From: a virus
DNA: 64,000 bases
Strand: one strand, 5' to 3'
Virus record (IMG/VR): IMGVR_UViG_3300047159_000066
The notes beneath the pieces were generated by a model, which was given only the letters and a program-made list of their open reading frames with translations, was not told where the DNA came from and searched no databases. Position numbers and translations under genes: made by a program. Of the stretch, positions 46,814 to 55,969 are shown in pieces. The first letter of the stretch is position 1. The number at the start of each line of letters is the position of its first letter.

Positions 46814-47572
46814 ATGGATAGCGCTTGGATGATCCGCCGTGATGGCTTTGTCATACCTGTAGAGATACACATCTATGGGAGTTTTTCAAACGGCGGATTC
46901 GATGAAGACAAATTTCATGATGTCAAAGAGACCATTCAGGCAGGAGAATGGCTAGTCAAATATGCCATAAACAAAGATCAGGCGATGTCTGATTTGGTCG
47001 ATCTATGCCAGCTTTGGGTGCATGGGCTTCATCCTGATAAGGATCTAAATGATTTCAAATCGCTTTTTTTAGAAGATGTGAATAAAAAGCCCAGAGCGAT
47101 GAGAGATCAGTCTGTAATCGATGCCGTCGCATCGAGAATATCGACGGCAATGCCCAGCGGGAATGAGAATGCGCTTAACGATAAGATCACGAAAACGATA
47201 AACCAGGATTTCCTTCGTGCGAGAATGGGCGCCGGAATCAGCACAGGCGATCTCTATAATTCCGATACCACGTCTACCGAATGCGTATTCAGGGTATCAA
47301 GCGTCGGATTCAATTGGTTTCCGGTCATATGGAGCTTTGTCGCCAAAAACAAAAACAGAATAGGATATGTGACGGTTGTCCGTGATTTTGAGTCTACGGG
47401 CAATGAAGGCGTCTATTCTTACAGAGGCCTTAAATTCGCGCAGATGCCTGCTGATGAATTTCTTTCTAATTCGAAAACTCCGGTCTTTGATTCCAAAAAA
47501 GCAAAAAGCGAGAAATCCGAATTTTCCCTTTTCTATATTCCTTTCAATTTCAATCGAAGAAAGCAGTCCTAA
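46814..47572 (+). CDS. Hypothetical protein
   Basis: ORF abutting both neighbours. Confidence 0.65.
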   Translation: MDSAWMIRRDGFVIPVEIHIYGSFSNGGFDEDKFHDVKETIQAGEWLVKYAINKDQAMSDLVDLCQLWVHGLHPDKDLNDFKSLFLEDVNKKPRAMRDQSVIDAVASRISTAMPSGNENALNDKITKTINQDFLRARMGAGISTGDLYNSDTTSTECVFRVSSVGFNWFPVIWSFVAKNKNRIGYVTVVRDFESTGNEGVYSYRGLKFAQMPADEFLSNSKTPVFDSKKAKSEKSEFSLFYIPFNFNRRKQS

Positions 47573-49590
47573 TGACAGACATTGAGAAGATCATATACCG
47601 CCAGCTCTATAAGAAGTCCTTCTATGATTTTGTGAAGGATTTTTGGTCATCTGCAGATCCGTCCAAATTCGTCGACGGCATCCTTGTTCAGTTCTACTGT
47701 GAATGCTTTCAGTATTTCTGCAAAGACTGGATACCGTATGATCCCATTAAAATCGATATTCCGAAAGGATATGAGGGTTATGATGTTCTTGATGTGAGGC
47801 AGGATAAGCGCAATCTATGCCTGAATGTTCCGCCTTCCCATTCGAAATCAATGGTGTTCAACGTCATGGGGCCGGTATGGCTTTGGCTGAATGAACCGGT
47901 CAAAGCCGCATCGATCTCCCATACGTTTGATCTCGCCAAGGATATGAACAGCAAACGGCAGCTTCTTATCAATTCTGAGAAATTCAGATATTTCTTCGGG
48001 GATGAATTCAAGCTGATCAGCAATACGGTTGATACGCTTAAGGACGATCGCGGAGGAGAGCTTTATTCTCAGAACCGTGATTCAATGACCGGCTTTCATG
48101 CGGACATTATCATAAACGACGATCTCACAAATGCCGAGGCGGCACGTAAAGACAAGCAGGAAATGAACAACGCATGGAATTATTACAGGAACACCATGCC
48201 TTCACGTATCAACAATGTCAATAAATGCCTTATTATGAACATTCAGCAGCGTCTTGCTCCGAATGACATAACCGGGCATATCATGAATGAGCCAAAGCTC
48301 CGTGAATCATATTGCTTTGTCGTTCTTCCGGCGATATTCGATAAAGACACCATAATCATCTGTCCTATCTCAGGGGATATTATCGTATTCAAATCAGGCG
48401 ATCCACTTTGGCCTGAAAGATTCGGAGATTACAGCGCGGTCCGTTTTCAGGTCGGCGAAGGGGTTTTCCAGACACAGTACCTTCAGAAGCCCGTCGCATC
48501 TGATCGTACCGTGATCAAAGAGGATATGATTATCAAAAAGGATCTTCCTGATGTCCCGTCGATAGATCAGGCAGACATGGTATACGCATCACATGATTTC
48601 CCTGTAAAAGACAAAGAGAATTCCGATTTTCTTGGATCAGTTTTGGCATATCGCGTAGGATCGACCCTTTACATCAAAGACTGCCTCGAGAAAAGAATGG
48701 CTTTTGTCGCATCGGTGGAATATGTCCGTACGCTGAATGACTCTTATCCGGGCATCATGCAGGTCATAGAGGATAAGGCGAACGGATCACCGATAATACA
48801 GCAGCTTCAGGACGCCGTGCAGGGAATAGTCCCATTCCAGCCCGGGACCCAGTCAAAGACACAAAGAATGGAATCCGCGTCATTGTATATGAATATAGGC
48901 AATGTCGTTTTCATAAACGACAGATTCGATGTGCTTACTCAAAGCTATCATATTTCCGATGGACTGGATAATCTGATAAGAAGGCTTCTCAATTTTCCGT
49001 TTGTCGAGCATGATGACATCTGTGATGCCTTTTCACAGCTGGTTCTTTTCGTATTCATGGACAGACGTTATATGGTCTATGGAAGATCATTTGATGATTT
49101 CAACATCATTGATTATAAAGGCCTGATCGGCAAAAAGGAATACGATACCGTGTTCTTCAATAAAGAGGGCGACATCTGGAAAATCGCAGATATAGCGGTA
49201 TCTTACGGAGATCAGACAAAGATAATCGTCAAGAAGGAATGGCTTTTCAGGGGCAAGATAGATTCCGCATTTGATAATATGAAAAAATTCTCCCCGGATC
49301 AGAATGTCTTTATAGACTGTTCTCAGGGAGAATCGCTTTACGGACTTGACATGAAAGGCTTGACGATTGAGAAATATGCCATTGATGATTTCGCTAAATC
49401 TGTGACTCAGCTCAATATGGCATTCGGAAACAAAACAGTGGTAATCGATCGGGGATGTCATATGGTGAAATCAGACATAGAGAATTTCAAATATGATAAA
49501 ACAAAAGATGAGACGGCGAAATTCAGAACAGAGAAAGACGGATTCGTATCCTGCATAAGGACGGCGATGAAGTATTATGGGATCGAATGA
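47572..49590 (+). CDS. terL: Terminase large subunit
   Basis: NVPPSHSKS, IIINDD, IQQRL, QYLQKP, IEDKANG, FP..EHDDICD motifs. Confidence 0.92.
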   Translation: MTDIEKIIYRQLYKKSFYDFVKDFWSSADPSKFVDGILVQFYCECFQYFCKDWIPYDPIKIDIPKGYEGYDVLDVRQDKRNLCLNVPPSHSKSMVFNVMGPVWLWLNEPVKAASISHTFDLAKDMNSKRQLLINSEKFRYFFGDEFKLISNTVDTLKDDRGGELYSQNRDSMTGFHADIIINDDLTNAEAARKDKQEMNNAWNYYRNTMPSRINNVNKCLIMNIQQRLAPNDITGHIMNEPKLRESYCFVVLPAIFDKDTIIICPISGDIIVFKSGDPLWPERFGDYSAVRFQVGEGVFQTQYLQKPVASDRTVIKEDMIIKKDLPDVPSIDQADMVYASHDFPVKDKENSDFLGSVLAYRVGSTLYIKDCLEKRMAFVASVEYVRTLNDSYPGIMQVIEDKANGSPIIQQLQDAVQGIVPFQPGTQSKTQRMESASLYMNIGNVVFINDRFDVLTQSYHISDGLDNLIRRLLNFPFVEHDDICDAFSQLVLFVFMDRRYMVYGRSFDDFNIIDYKGLIGKKEYDTVFFNKEGDIWKIADIAVSYGDQTKIIVKKEWLFRGKIDSAFDNMKKFSPDQNVFIDCSQGESLYGLDMKGLTIEKYAIDDFAKSVTQLNMAFGNKTVVIDRGCHMVKSDIENFKYDKTKDETAKFRTEKDGFVSCIRTAMKYYGIE

Positions 49591-49593
49591 CGT

Positions 49594-50283
49594 CTAGGTG
49601 CGATGGACCTGTCCGCTTCTTGTCGCTATATAGCTTACATTGCTTCTGCTGAAGATGGTATAGCCCATTCTTTTGGCTTCATCCGTAAAAACATCCAATG
49701 CCTCATTCCAATCATCTGTCACATAGTCATCTTGCTTATTGTGTTTGCCGTTTATGAAATAGCGGACGGAGTATTCCCCATTCTCATCTTTCTGTTTGAC
49801 TAAAGTAAGACGGCAGGCCGCAAGGGCATCACCGACAGGAAGAGAGTCCTTCTTGGGTTTTTCTTCTTTTTTATCTTTCTTGTCGGGATCACCGGGCTCC
49901 TTGTCATTGTCTTCATTGTCATTTTCATCTGTAACGGCAGCACGGGCATAAACACCGACCCAGTTAAGCCGCTTTGTCCCTTCACGGAGCTCAATGTCAA
50001 GACGCCCTGAGTTCCATACCTTCTTCAGTTCCTCATCGGTGTATTTCAGTTGGGAGTTGACATATGCCTTGAATGCCTTATATGCGCCGTCATCGCCTTC
50101 AAGGATGTCATATGCGCCGACATGATGCCAGACGAATTGATCATAATGAAAAGCGCCGAGAATTATCTCGTATTTCTTTTTCTTGCTTTTAGGGCTTGAC
50201 GGCAGCGGCGTGCTCCCGCTTCCTTCGTCCTTCAGTTTGAGTTTGGCGAAATCATCAAGCGTTCCATCGAAGATTTTATCCAT
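49594..50283 (-). CDS. Hypothetical two-module protein
   Basis: AAGGAG RBS; charged linker ending KKDSLPVGDA. Confidence 0.7.
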   Translation of the reverse strand: MDKIFDGTLDDFAKLKLKDEGSGSTPLPSSPKSKKKKYEIILGAFHYDQFVWHHVGAYDILEGDDGAYKAFKAYVNSQLKYTDEELKKVWNSGRLDIELREGTKRLNWVGVYARAAVTDENDNEDNDKEPGDPDKKDKKEEKPKKDSLPVGDALAACRLTLVKQKDENGEYSVRYFINGKHNKQDDYVTDDWNEALDVFTDEAKRMGYTIFSRSNVSYIATRSGQVHRT

Positions 50284-50306
50284 AGCAGACTGTCTCCTTC
50301 AATAAG

Positions 50307-50400
50307 GGCCGGGGCCATTACAGGCCGAAAGGAGATCGGCCAGATCGACTGACCATGAACAGGCGATCCAAATAAGAAAAAACCTTAATGACTCCCGGTC
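50307..50400 (-). ncRNA. Candidate structured 5' leader
   Basis: Closing stem plus two internal hairpins between TG-TATAAT (50407-50412) and the RBS of the 50283 gene. Confidence 0.4.
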
Positions 50401-50440
50401 AATTAAATTATAACATGAAAAACTGCGGAGATCATGAAAT

Positions 50441-50872
50441 CTATCTGTTCAGCATGTCTCTTATCTTACGGATGCGCTCCTGATTCTTTTTCGCTTCCGT
50501 ATCCAGCTCTTCTATTGATTTATATGTTTTATCGCCGATTTTGATCTCAGGCTCTTCACTCAGACGGAGCGAACGCTGATACTGCGCCACCTGAAGATCA
50601 TATTTGGTAAACCATACATTAAGCTCAGCGAGTTCATTCTGAAGCTTGTCTGCATGAGGGAGTTTGAATGAAGGATCTTTCTCAATGGATATGGCCCCCT
50701 TATGATATGTGACCATGCAGTCAATTGGAATACATGCTAAATTTTTTTCCCATTCATCAAAAGATAATGTGACAAATGGCGCTTTTATTTTACTGTCATC
50801 ATCGTAAAAAGGATGTATGTCGATTTTTCCACTTTTTCGGTTATAATGAAATTTTCTTGTTTCTTTTATCAT
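50441..50872 (-). CDS. Putative tail fibre assembly/associated protein
   Basis: Directly after the fibre genes; EL.EL..WF..YD...R pattern. Confidence 0.5.
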   Translation of the reverse strand: MIKETRKFHYNRKSGKIDIHPFYDDDSKIKAPFVTLSFDEWEKNLACIPIDCMVTYHKGAISIEKDPSFKLPHADKLQNELAELNVWFTKYDLQVAQYQRSLRLSEEPEIKIGDKTYKSIEELDTEAKKNQERIRKIRDMLNR

Positions 50873-50882
50873 AGTTCCCTCC

Positions 50883-51827
50883 TTACACTGTCAGAACAGC
50901 TATATAATCGCCTTGCCACGTGCCGCTTACCGTAGACGCAAGTTTTACATATGCGGTGCATCCTGTTGTTGTTTTGCTAGACGCATATATGCTTACGAGT
51001 GCATAAGAGCTAGGGTTATTGAAAGAAAATATAATCTGGTAATTAGTGCTAGGGAACGTATAAGGAAAGGTTATTGAAATCTGGTTAACCTGTGCTGCAT
51101 ATCCAATCGTGGATGAAAATGTCCCATGAACTATCAGTAAACGATAATTCGCAGCACTGTATCTTTGGAGATTCGCATACCCGCTTCCTGACCCTGTTAT
51201 ACTCGCCACACTATCGGGGATAGAGGCGGTCGGCGTAGCCCACGTTCCATCGTTTCTTAGATAAGTTGTAGTGCCTGAGCCGAGAGCCGGACCACTTGTG
51301 ATACTGCTGCTTCCATTCCATTTTGCAAGGTAACCCGATGTTCCGGAGCCTGAAACCCCAGAAGATGGTGTAGCCCACGTGCCATCGTTTCTGAGAAAAG
51401 TCGTCGTACTTGTTCCTAATGCAGGGCCAGAAGTCACTGTGTTCGCATCAGACCATTTGGTAAGATAACCCGCAGTCCCCGTTCCGGATGTGACTGTTTT
51501 AGTGGTAGTCAAAGCAGAAACAGGGAACTTGTATATCGTATTGTATGGCGTCCCTCCGGAAACGGTTACGTTATCGGTGACAATGGTAAAAGAATATGCC
51601 GAATTGGCATTCAAATAACTGGCGGTAGGCGCAGGCATCACGTCGACTGTCGAAAGAGCGACGGCATGCGGAGTATAAAGAGTCAGAGATGTGCCGCTGA
51701 GTCCGATACTGTGCCCGTATGTAGAATCAATCTGATTACCAGAAATATCTCTGTTGGCGCATTCTGCGGAACAGTAGCTGTTGTCGCTTTCTTTAAGAAG
51801 CGGATATACCGAATGATCAGTGGCCAT
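50883..51827 (-). CDS. Tail fibre protein
   Basis: Duplicated module SG.GT.GYL.KW....ITSGPALG..TTT.LRNDGTWATP; C-terminal ITFPYTFP lectin-like domain. Confidence 0.75.
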   Translation of the reverse strand: MATDHSVYPLLKESDNSYCSAECANRDISGNQIDSTYGHSIGLSGTSLTLYTPHAVALSTVDVMPAPTASYLNANSAYSFTIVTDNVTVSGGTPYNTIYKFPVSALTTTKTVTSGTGTAGYLTKWSDANTVTSGPALGTSTTTFLRNDGTWATPSSGVSGSGTSGYLAKWNGSSSITSGPALGSGTTTYLRNDGTWATPTASIPDSVASITGSGSGYANLQRYSAANYRLLIVHGTFSSTIGYAAQVNQISITFPYTFPSTNYQIIFSFNNPSSYALVSIYASSKTTTGCTAYVKLASTVSGTWQGDYIAVLTV

Positions 51828-51854
51828 GGATCATTAACCCCACTGACTAATATT

Positions 51855-53882
51855 TTACCATGAAATCGTGACAGCGGTACCTAATTTAACAGGAGAAGGG
51901 GTATATGCTGATGTTTTAAGATATGTTGTCGATATTGTATTGCCGTCTGCATCGGCTGTTGCACGGTTCACAGGTGTTGTTCCAAGCGTTGATACAATGT
52001 TTCCCGCTGTGAAATTCGCGGCATTGAATTTGAGATCAAGATAATCCTGAAGCGTCAATGCGCCTGTGTATACGGCTTTCACGGCTGTGACCAAGGCCGC
52101 ATTTGTCTGAGCGGAATTGCCGATCACAGATGTTATGGTTGTCGATGTCTGATCTGCATTGCGGAAAATGATGTTTGCCGGTGAAAGCATATGTATAATT
52201 GCATTTGGATGGATAGATGCTTGTGCCGTTGCAGAATTATAAATACCATCTAAGGTAAAAGAATTGGCAATATTATTATATGAGAAATATGGATATGAAA
52301 CCGGTGTTGCCGCATTATTTGGGATATACAGTGCCCCAAAAGCAGAAGAACCATTACCGGTTACAGTAGAGGAGGTACCAGATGCCATTGAATAGGCACC
52401 ATTTGCTATTGAATTACTGCCGAATGCAATTGAACAAATACCGCCCGCCTGTGAATAACTACCGAATGCCGTTGAATAGCCACACCATGCTTGTGAACTA
52501 GCACCGATCGCTGTTGAATTAGTGGCAGATGCCGTTGAATGAGCACCAAATGCCGTTGAATAGCCACTAAGTGCTTGTGAACCAACACCGGCCGCTGTTG
52601 AATTAGTACCAGATGCCGTTGAACTAGAGCCAACTGCTGTTGAGGAATTACCAGATGATGTGCCGCATGGAACCACCTTATAGCTACTTGTGCCTATTTT
52701 AATTCCATCAAGGGATGTATTTCCGTCTGAAAATGCAATTCGTGATACATATCCAGTTACATAAGCATATACTGTGTCACCTGAAACAGGAGCTGTGACT
52801 CCGCTTGCAATGGAGCCGGTACTAGTCCATGCAGGAACACCCGCCGTTGAAACTAATACCTGATTGGCAGTTCCGGCGGTCGTTGGGGCATAGAAAGAAG
52901 GATTCGCATTCGTCGATCCGTTCAGTGTGATGGTGTTCTTTGTGGCGCCGGTATCTATTCCAGATAGCTTATTCGCTTCAGTTGTTTTATATCCCTGATA
53001 ACCGCTCGCATAAGCCAAAGTCAATGTACCTGAAGAGACGACAGGGGATCCTGTGACGCTGAATCCTGTGGGCGCAGACAGACCGACAGAGGTGACGGTG
53101 CCGGGATTCGATATTTTCACCCAGACAGAACCGCTCCACCGATAGGTGTCATTGGTCGAGAGATCGACATAGATTTTGCCTTGCTCTGGTGTAATCGCCT
53201 CCGTATGCGCGGAATCAGTGTAGAATGTTCCGTTCGTGGCCGTAGGGGTGCTGACATAATAGCCTTCGATGACATCATCGACATAGGAAGGAAGATAGGA
53301 TGAATCGATTTTGTTGTCGCTTCCTAAAGGCGCAAAGCTTCCAGTGCCGAAAGTGACGGATCTGTTTGTGTTATCGCCGGTTGTAGTTACAGAGACAGAG
53401 GTTATTGCCTTTGCCGTCGCCGCAGTCACTTGCGCCAAAGTGGTGTCAGTCCATGGGACATTGACGACAATGCCGCCGGTAGTGGCCATTTTCTGAACGG
53501 CATAGGTTCTAGAGCCGGCCGCCGTGACGGTATTGGCCGGTACGCTCTGAGTGGTATCCGATCCAAGATAAACGCCGCCTAACACAGATGTCCTCGCCGA
53601 GGGAAGAGAATATGCTGGAACTGTGACCTTCATGCCGCCATTGGCGCTTACTGAAATGGCATAATCAGTGGTGCCAAGGGCGCCATCTGTATCAGTATTC
53701 CAGATCTTGACGACGCCTAATGCAGTCGTCGTCGGAATTCGAGTCGCCGCAACAAGATCAATACCGTTCTGCGAATCTGCGCTGTTGTCATAGTTGATAT
53801 AACGGTTCGCGGCGACGACATAACAATAACCTGTCGAATCATTTGTTGGCTTAACAGGGTACAGCTGATGATCACTTGCCAT
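51855..53882 (-). CDS. Tail fibre with YadA-head-like (Hep/Hag) repeats
   Basis: LPSYVDDVIEG, GKIYVD..T...YRWSGS, GTVTSVGL, KLSGI fibre motifs; 14-aa STAxGxxSxAxG repeats at about 52350-52650. Confidence 0.75.
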   Translation of the reverse strand: MASDHQLYPVKPTNDSTGYCYVVAANRYINYDNSADSQNGIDLVAATRIPTTTALGVVKIWNTDTDGALGTTDYAISVSANGGMKVTVPAYSLPSARTSVLGGVYLGSDTTQSVPANTVTAAGSRTYAVQKMATTGGIVVNVPWTDTTLAQVTAATAKAITSVSVTTTGDNTNRSVTFGTGSFAPLGSDNKIDSSYLPSYVDDVIEGYYVSTPTATNGTFYTDSAHTEAITPEQGKIYVDLSTNDTYRWSGSVWVKISNPGTVTSVGLSAPTGFSVTGSPVVSSGTLTLAYASGYQGYKTTEANKLSGIDTGATKNTITLNGSTNANPSFYAPTTAGTANQVLVSTAGVPAWTSTGSIASGVTAPVSGDTVYAYVTGYVSRIAFSDGNTSLDGIKIGTSSYKVVPCGTSSGNSSTAVGSSSTASGTNSTAAGVGSQALSGYSTAFGAHSTASATNSTAIGASSQAWCGYSTAFGSYSQAGGICSIAFGSNSIANGAYSMASGTSSTVTGNGSSAFGALYIPNNAATPVSYPYFSYNNIANSFTLDGIYNSATAQASIHPNAIIHMLSPANIIFRNADQTSTTITSVIGNSAQTNAALVTAVKAVYTGALTLQDYLDLKFNAANFTAGNIVSTLGTTPVNRATADADGNTISTTYLKTSAYTPSPVKLGTAVTISW

Positions 53883-53952
53883 ATAAGATTCCCTTCTTTC
53901 TATTATTCTTTATTATAAACCGAAAAAGGCATGATGTCATGCTTTTTTCGCA

Positions 53953-54435
53953 CTACATCTCATTCCGCATTATTTTCGCGCCAATGTCAGTGGCATTTCC
54001 CTCGAACCATATCGCGTCATAATCTTTGACTGGACGGCCTTTTGATGTCTTTATCGTGTATATCCAGTATCTTATGACAGAAGGCAGACAGACAAGGAAT
54101 ATGAAGAACGGACCGAGAACGGCATTCTGATATGTATGCCCATACTCATGCCAGTCTATCGAATGATCCGATTTCTCATCCCTGATGAATATTTGGCCGA
54201 CCGAGAAACCGCCCCAGAATCTGCCGATCATGAAATAATGGATCCGCTGGAATTTGATCGGTCTCCGAAGAAGGATAAGCATGATCAGTCCGATGATCAT
54301 CCCGATGAAGGTGACGATGAATCCCCATGTCCAATTCAGAAGGTAATAGAAGAACGAATGGCGGAAAAGAAAAACGGCAGACCTCATACAGAAACCGTAC
54401 ATGAGGTTCCCGTATTTAGTTCTGCCGTATTTCAT
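53953..54435 (-). CDS. Membrane-anchored HEXXH metallopeptidase-like protein
   Basis: Two hydrophobic helices, HEYGH..Q, YDAIWFEGNA. Confidence 0.6.
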   Translation of the reverse strand: MKYGRTKYGNLMYGFCMRSAVFLFRHSFFYYLLNWTWGFIVTFIGMIIGLIMLILLRRPIKFQRIHYFMIGRFWGGFSVGQIFIRDEKSDHSIDWHEYGHTYQNAVLGPFFIFLVCLPSVIRYWIYTIKTSKGRPVKDYDAIWFEGNATDIGAKIMRNEM

Positions 54436-54436
54436 T

Positions 54437-54820
54437 CTATTTCGCCTCTTTGTTCTTCAGATCGTATATCGCCGCCTCTATCTTCTGACTGATGAACGTA
54501 TTGACATCCCCATAGTTATCGGTGATGTAGGTCTTCATCGTATCCGTCAGTTTTGAATTGATTATCGCCAGGGCTTTGTTTTTGGCCTCTTCTTGGGCCT
54601 CTGCCGTGAACTTCCCGTCTTTCTTTAATGATTCTACGAAAGTCTGATAGACGGCCTTCACGGCGTCATAAATGATATTAAGGATGTCAGTGAGCATTTT
54701 GGCCGCGTCTTTGTCCTTGATCTTATCGTTTATCCATTTCGTAAGCAAAGCGACAAGCCATGTCCCTAATGCGGTGGCAATCGCAGACAGAGCCGGAAAT
54801 ACAATATCCTGCCAGTTCAT
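54437..54820 (-). CDS. Holin-like protein
   Basis: Single N-terminal TM helix; AVKAVYQT...K....A...IEAAI resembles LL-H-type holins. Confidence 0.65.
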   Translation of the reverse strand: MNWQDIVFPALSAIATALGTWLVALLTKWINDKIKDKDAAKMLTDILNIIYDAVKAVYQTFVESLKKDGKFTAEAQEEAKNKALAIINSKLTDTMKTYITDNYGDVNTFISQKIEAAIYDLKNKEAK

Positions 54821-55056
54821 TTGTCCTTCCCCAGTTTCTCCTCAACCACGCGGAGACGCGCGTCAAGGTTCTGCATCTTAATGTCCCGGACGTCAACGCT
54901 GATCTGATCGACTTTCGTCTCTATCTTCGCCAATGTGGTCGCCTGTTCGGCGGTGTCCTTCTTAGAATTCCTTGTCGCGCCGAATATACCAAGGATAACT
55001 GAAGATATGGTACAAAGTATCGTAATGACCGTCAATATGATGTCAATTTCGCTCAT
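54817..55056 (-). CDS. Holin-like / XhlA-like small membrane protein
   Basis: N-terminal TM helix followed by a coiled coil (IETKVDQI...RLRVVE). Confidence 0.6.
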   Translation of the reverse strand: MSEIDIILTVITILCTISSVILGIFGATRNSKKDTAEQATTLAKIETKVDQISVDVRDIKMQNLDARLRVVEEKLGKDK

Positions 55057-55153
55057 GCGAGATCACCCCCTCCTTAGATAATGCAATACCCTTTTTTCTG
55101 ATTCTGAGTCTCTAAGTTCCCGGCAGATGAATTCCTGATCTTAACTATTCAGA

Positions 55154-55375
55154 CTTTATCTTTATGTCTTTCGGATAGGCCTCATTCACGCGGAGACAGC
55201 AGATCTATTTTCTTCGACATCACAGATCCGATGATTCTGGCAGGGACCGAAATCATGCAGACATCTTCTTTGCTGAAGCAGGATGCTTCCGTTTTCTGTG
55301 TTTTGCCATCATGTGTCGGAAGCATGATCTCCTTTGTCGTTCTTTGAACGATCATAGCATTGCCGAATCCTTTCG
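55154..55375 (-). pseudogene. Displaced copy of the 3' part of the 35702 ASCH-like gene
   Basis: Reverse complement matches 36000-36214 with 10 substitutions over about 179 bp plus a short indel patch; it opens a 57-aa ORF at 55182-55355. Confidence 0.75.
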
Positions 55376-55462
55376 CCGCTCAGACGTCTTGCCTTCGACA
55401 TTATAGAGATAAAACTCATCCTGCGCATCCTGAACGGCTGTATCGGTATCCGTGTCGCTCAT
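55352..55462 (-). CDS. 36-aa ORF, probably truncated by the displaced copy
   Basis: GAGG RBS, MSDTDTDTAVQDAQDEFYLYNVEGK... Confidence 0.4.
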   Translation of the reverse strand: MSDTDTDTAVQDAQDEFYLYNVEGKTSERRKDSAML

Positions 55463-55472
55463 TGATCAGCCC

Positions 55473-55958
55473 TCACTTCTCATCATCGGAATCGTCTTCT
55501 TTTATCGGATCCATGGAATCAAGCAGCGCGAATGCCTCATCCTGATTGTGAGAAAGCCATTCTTTGAACTGATCCTCATCTCCGATGTCCGTGTCGGTGT
55601 CTTCCTTATACTCATCCCATAAGGCATCCTCAAGATCATAATAGTCATAGCGGCGTCCCTTGTATTCGACTTCAGGATCATTCCAATCGCCATGATAGAT
55701 GAATTTTATGCCGACTATGCCATAAAACCACTGATCAGGCGAATCCTTGACTTTCTTCTTGTCATCCTCATCAGGGACAAACGCCTGAAGCTCACGAAGA
55801 TGCTCTTCCTCATCGTCTTTGATCTCAGCGAATCTTTCGACGGCAGCCTTGACCTCAGGATCATCGCCGAATGACTTTATCGCATCGGCGTATTCTTTGG
55901 CTGCCTCACGCTCGCTGTCCTTCAGCTTCTCTATCGTCTTCTTTTGTTCATCGGTCAT
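55473..55958 (-). CDS. Ferritin-like half-domain fused to an unrelated acidic domain
   Basis: E.EA..EY...IKDDEEEHLREL; linker KKKVKDS. Confidence 0.6.
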   Translation of the reverse strand: MTDEQKKTIEKLKDSEREAAKEYADAIKSFGDDPEVKAAVERFAEIKDDEEEHLRELQAFVPDEDDKKKVKDSPDQWFYGIVGIKFIYHGDWNDPEVEYKGRRYDYYDLEDALWDEYKEDTDTDIGDEDQFKEWLSHNQDEAFALLDSMDPIKEDDSDDEK

Positions 55959-55969
55959 TGTGATCGCCT

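Noticed and set aside
36000..55375. Diversity-generating retroelement TR/VR pair
   Set aside because: Mismatches between the copies are of mixed types rather than adenine-specific, there is an indel patch, and no reverse transcriptase is in the window.
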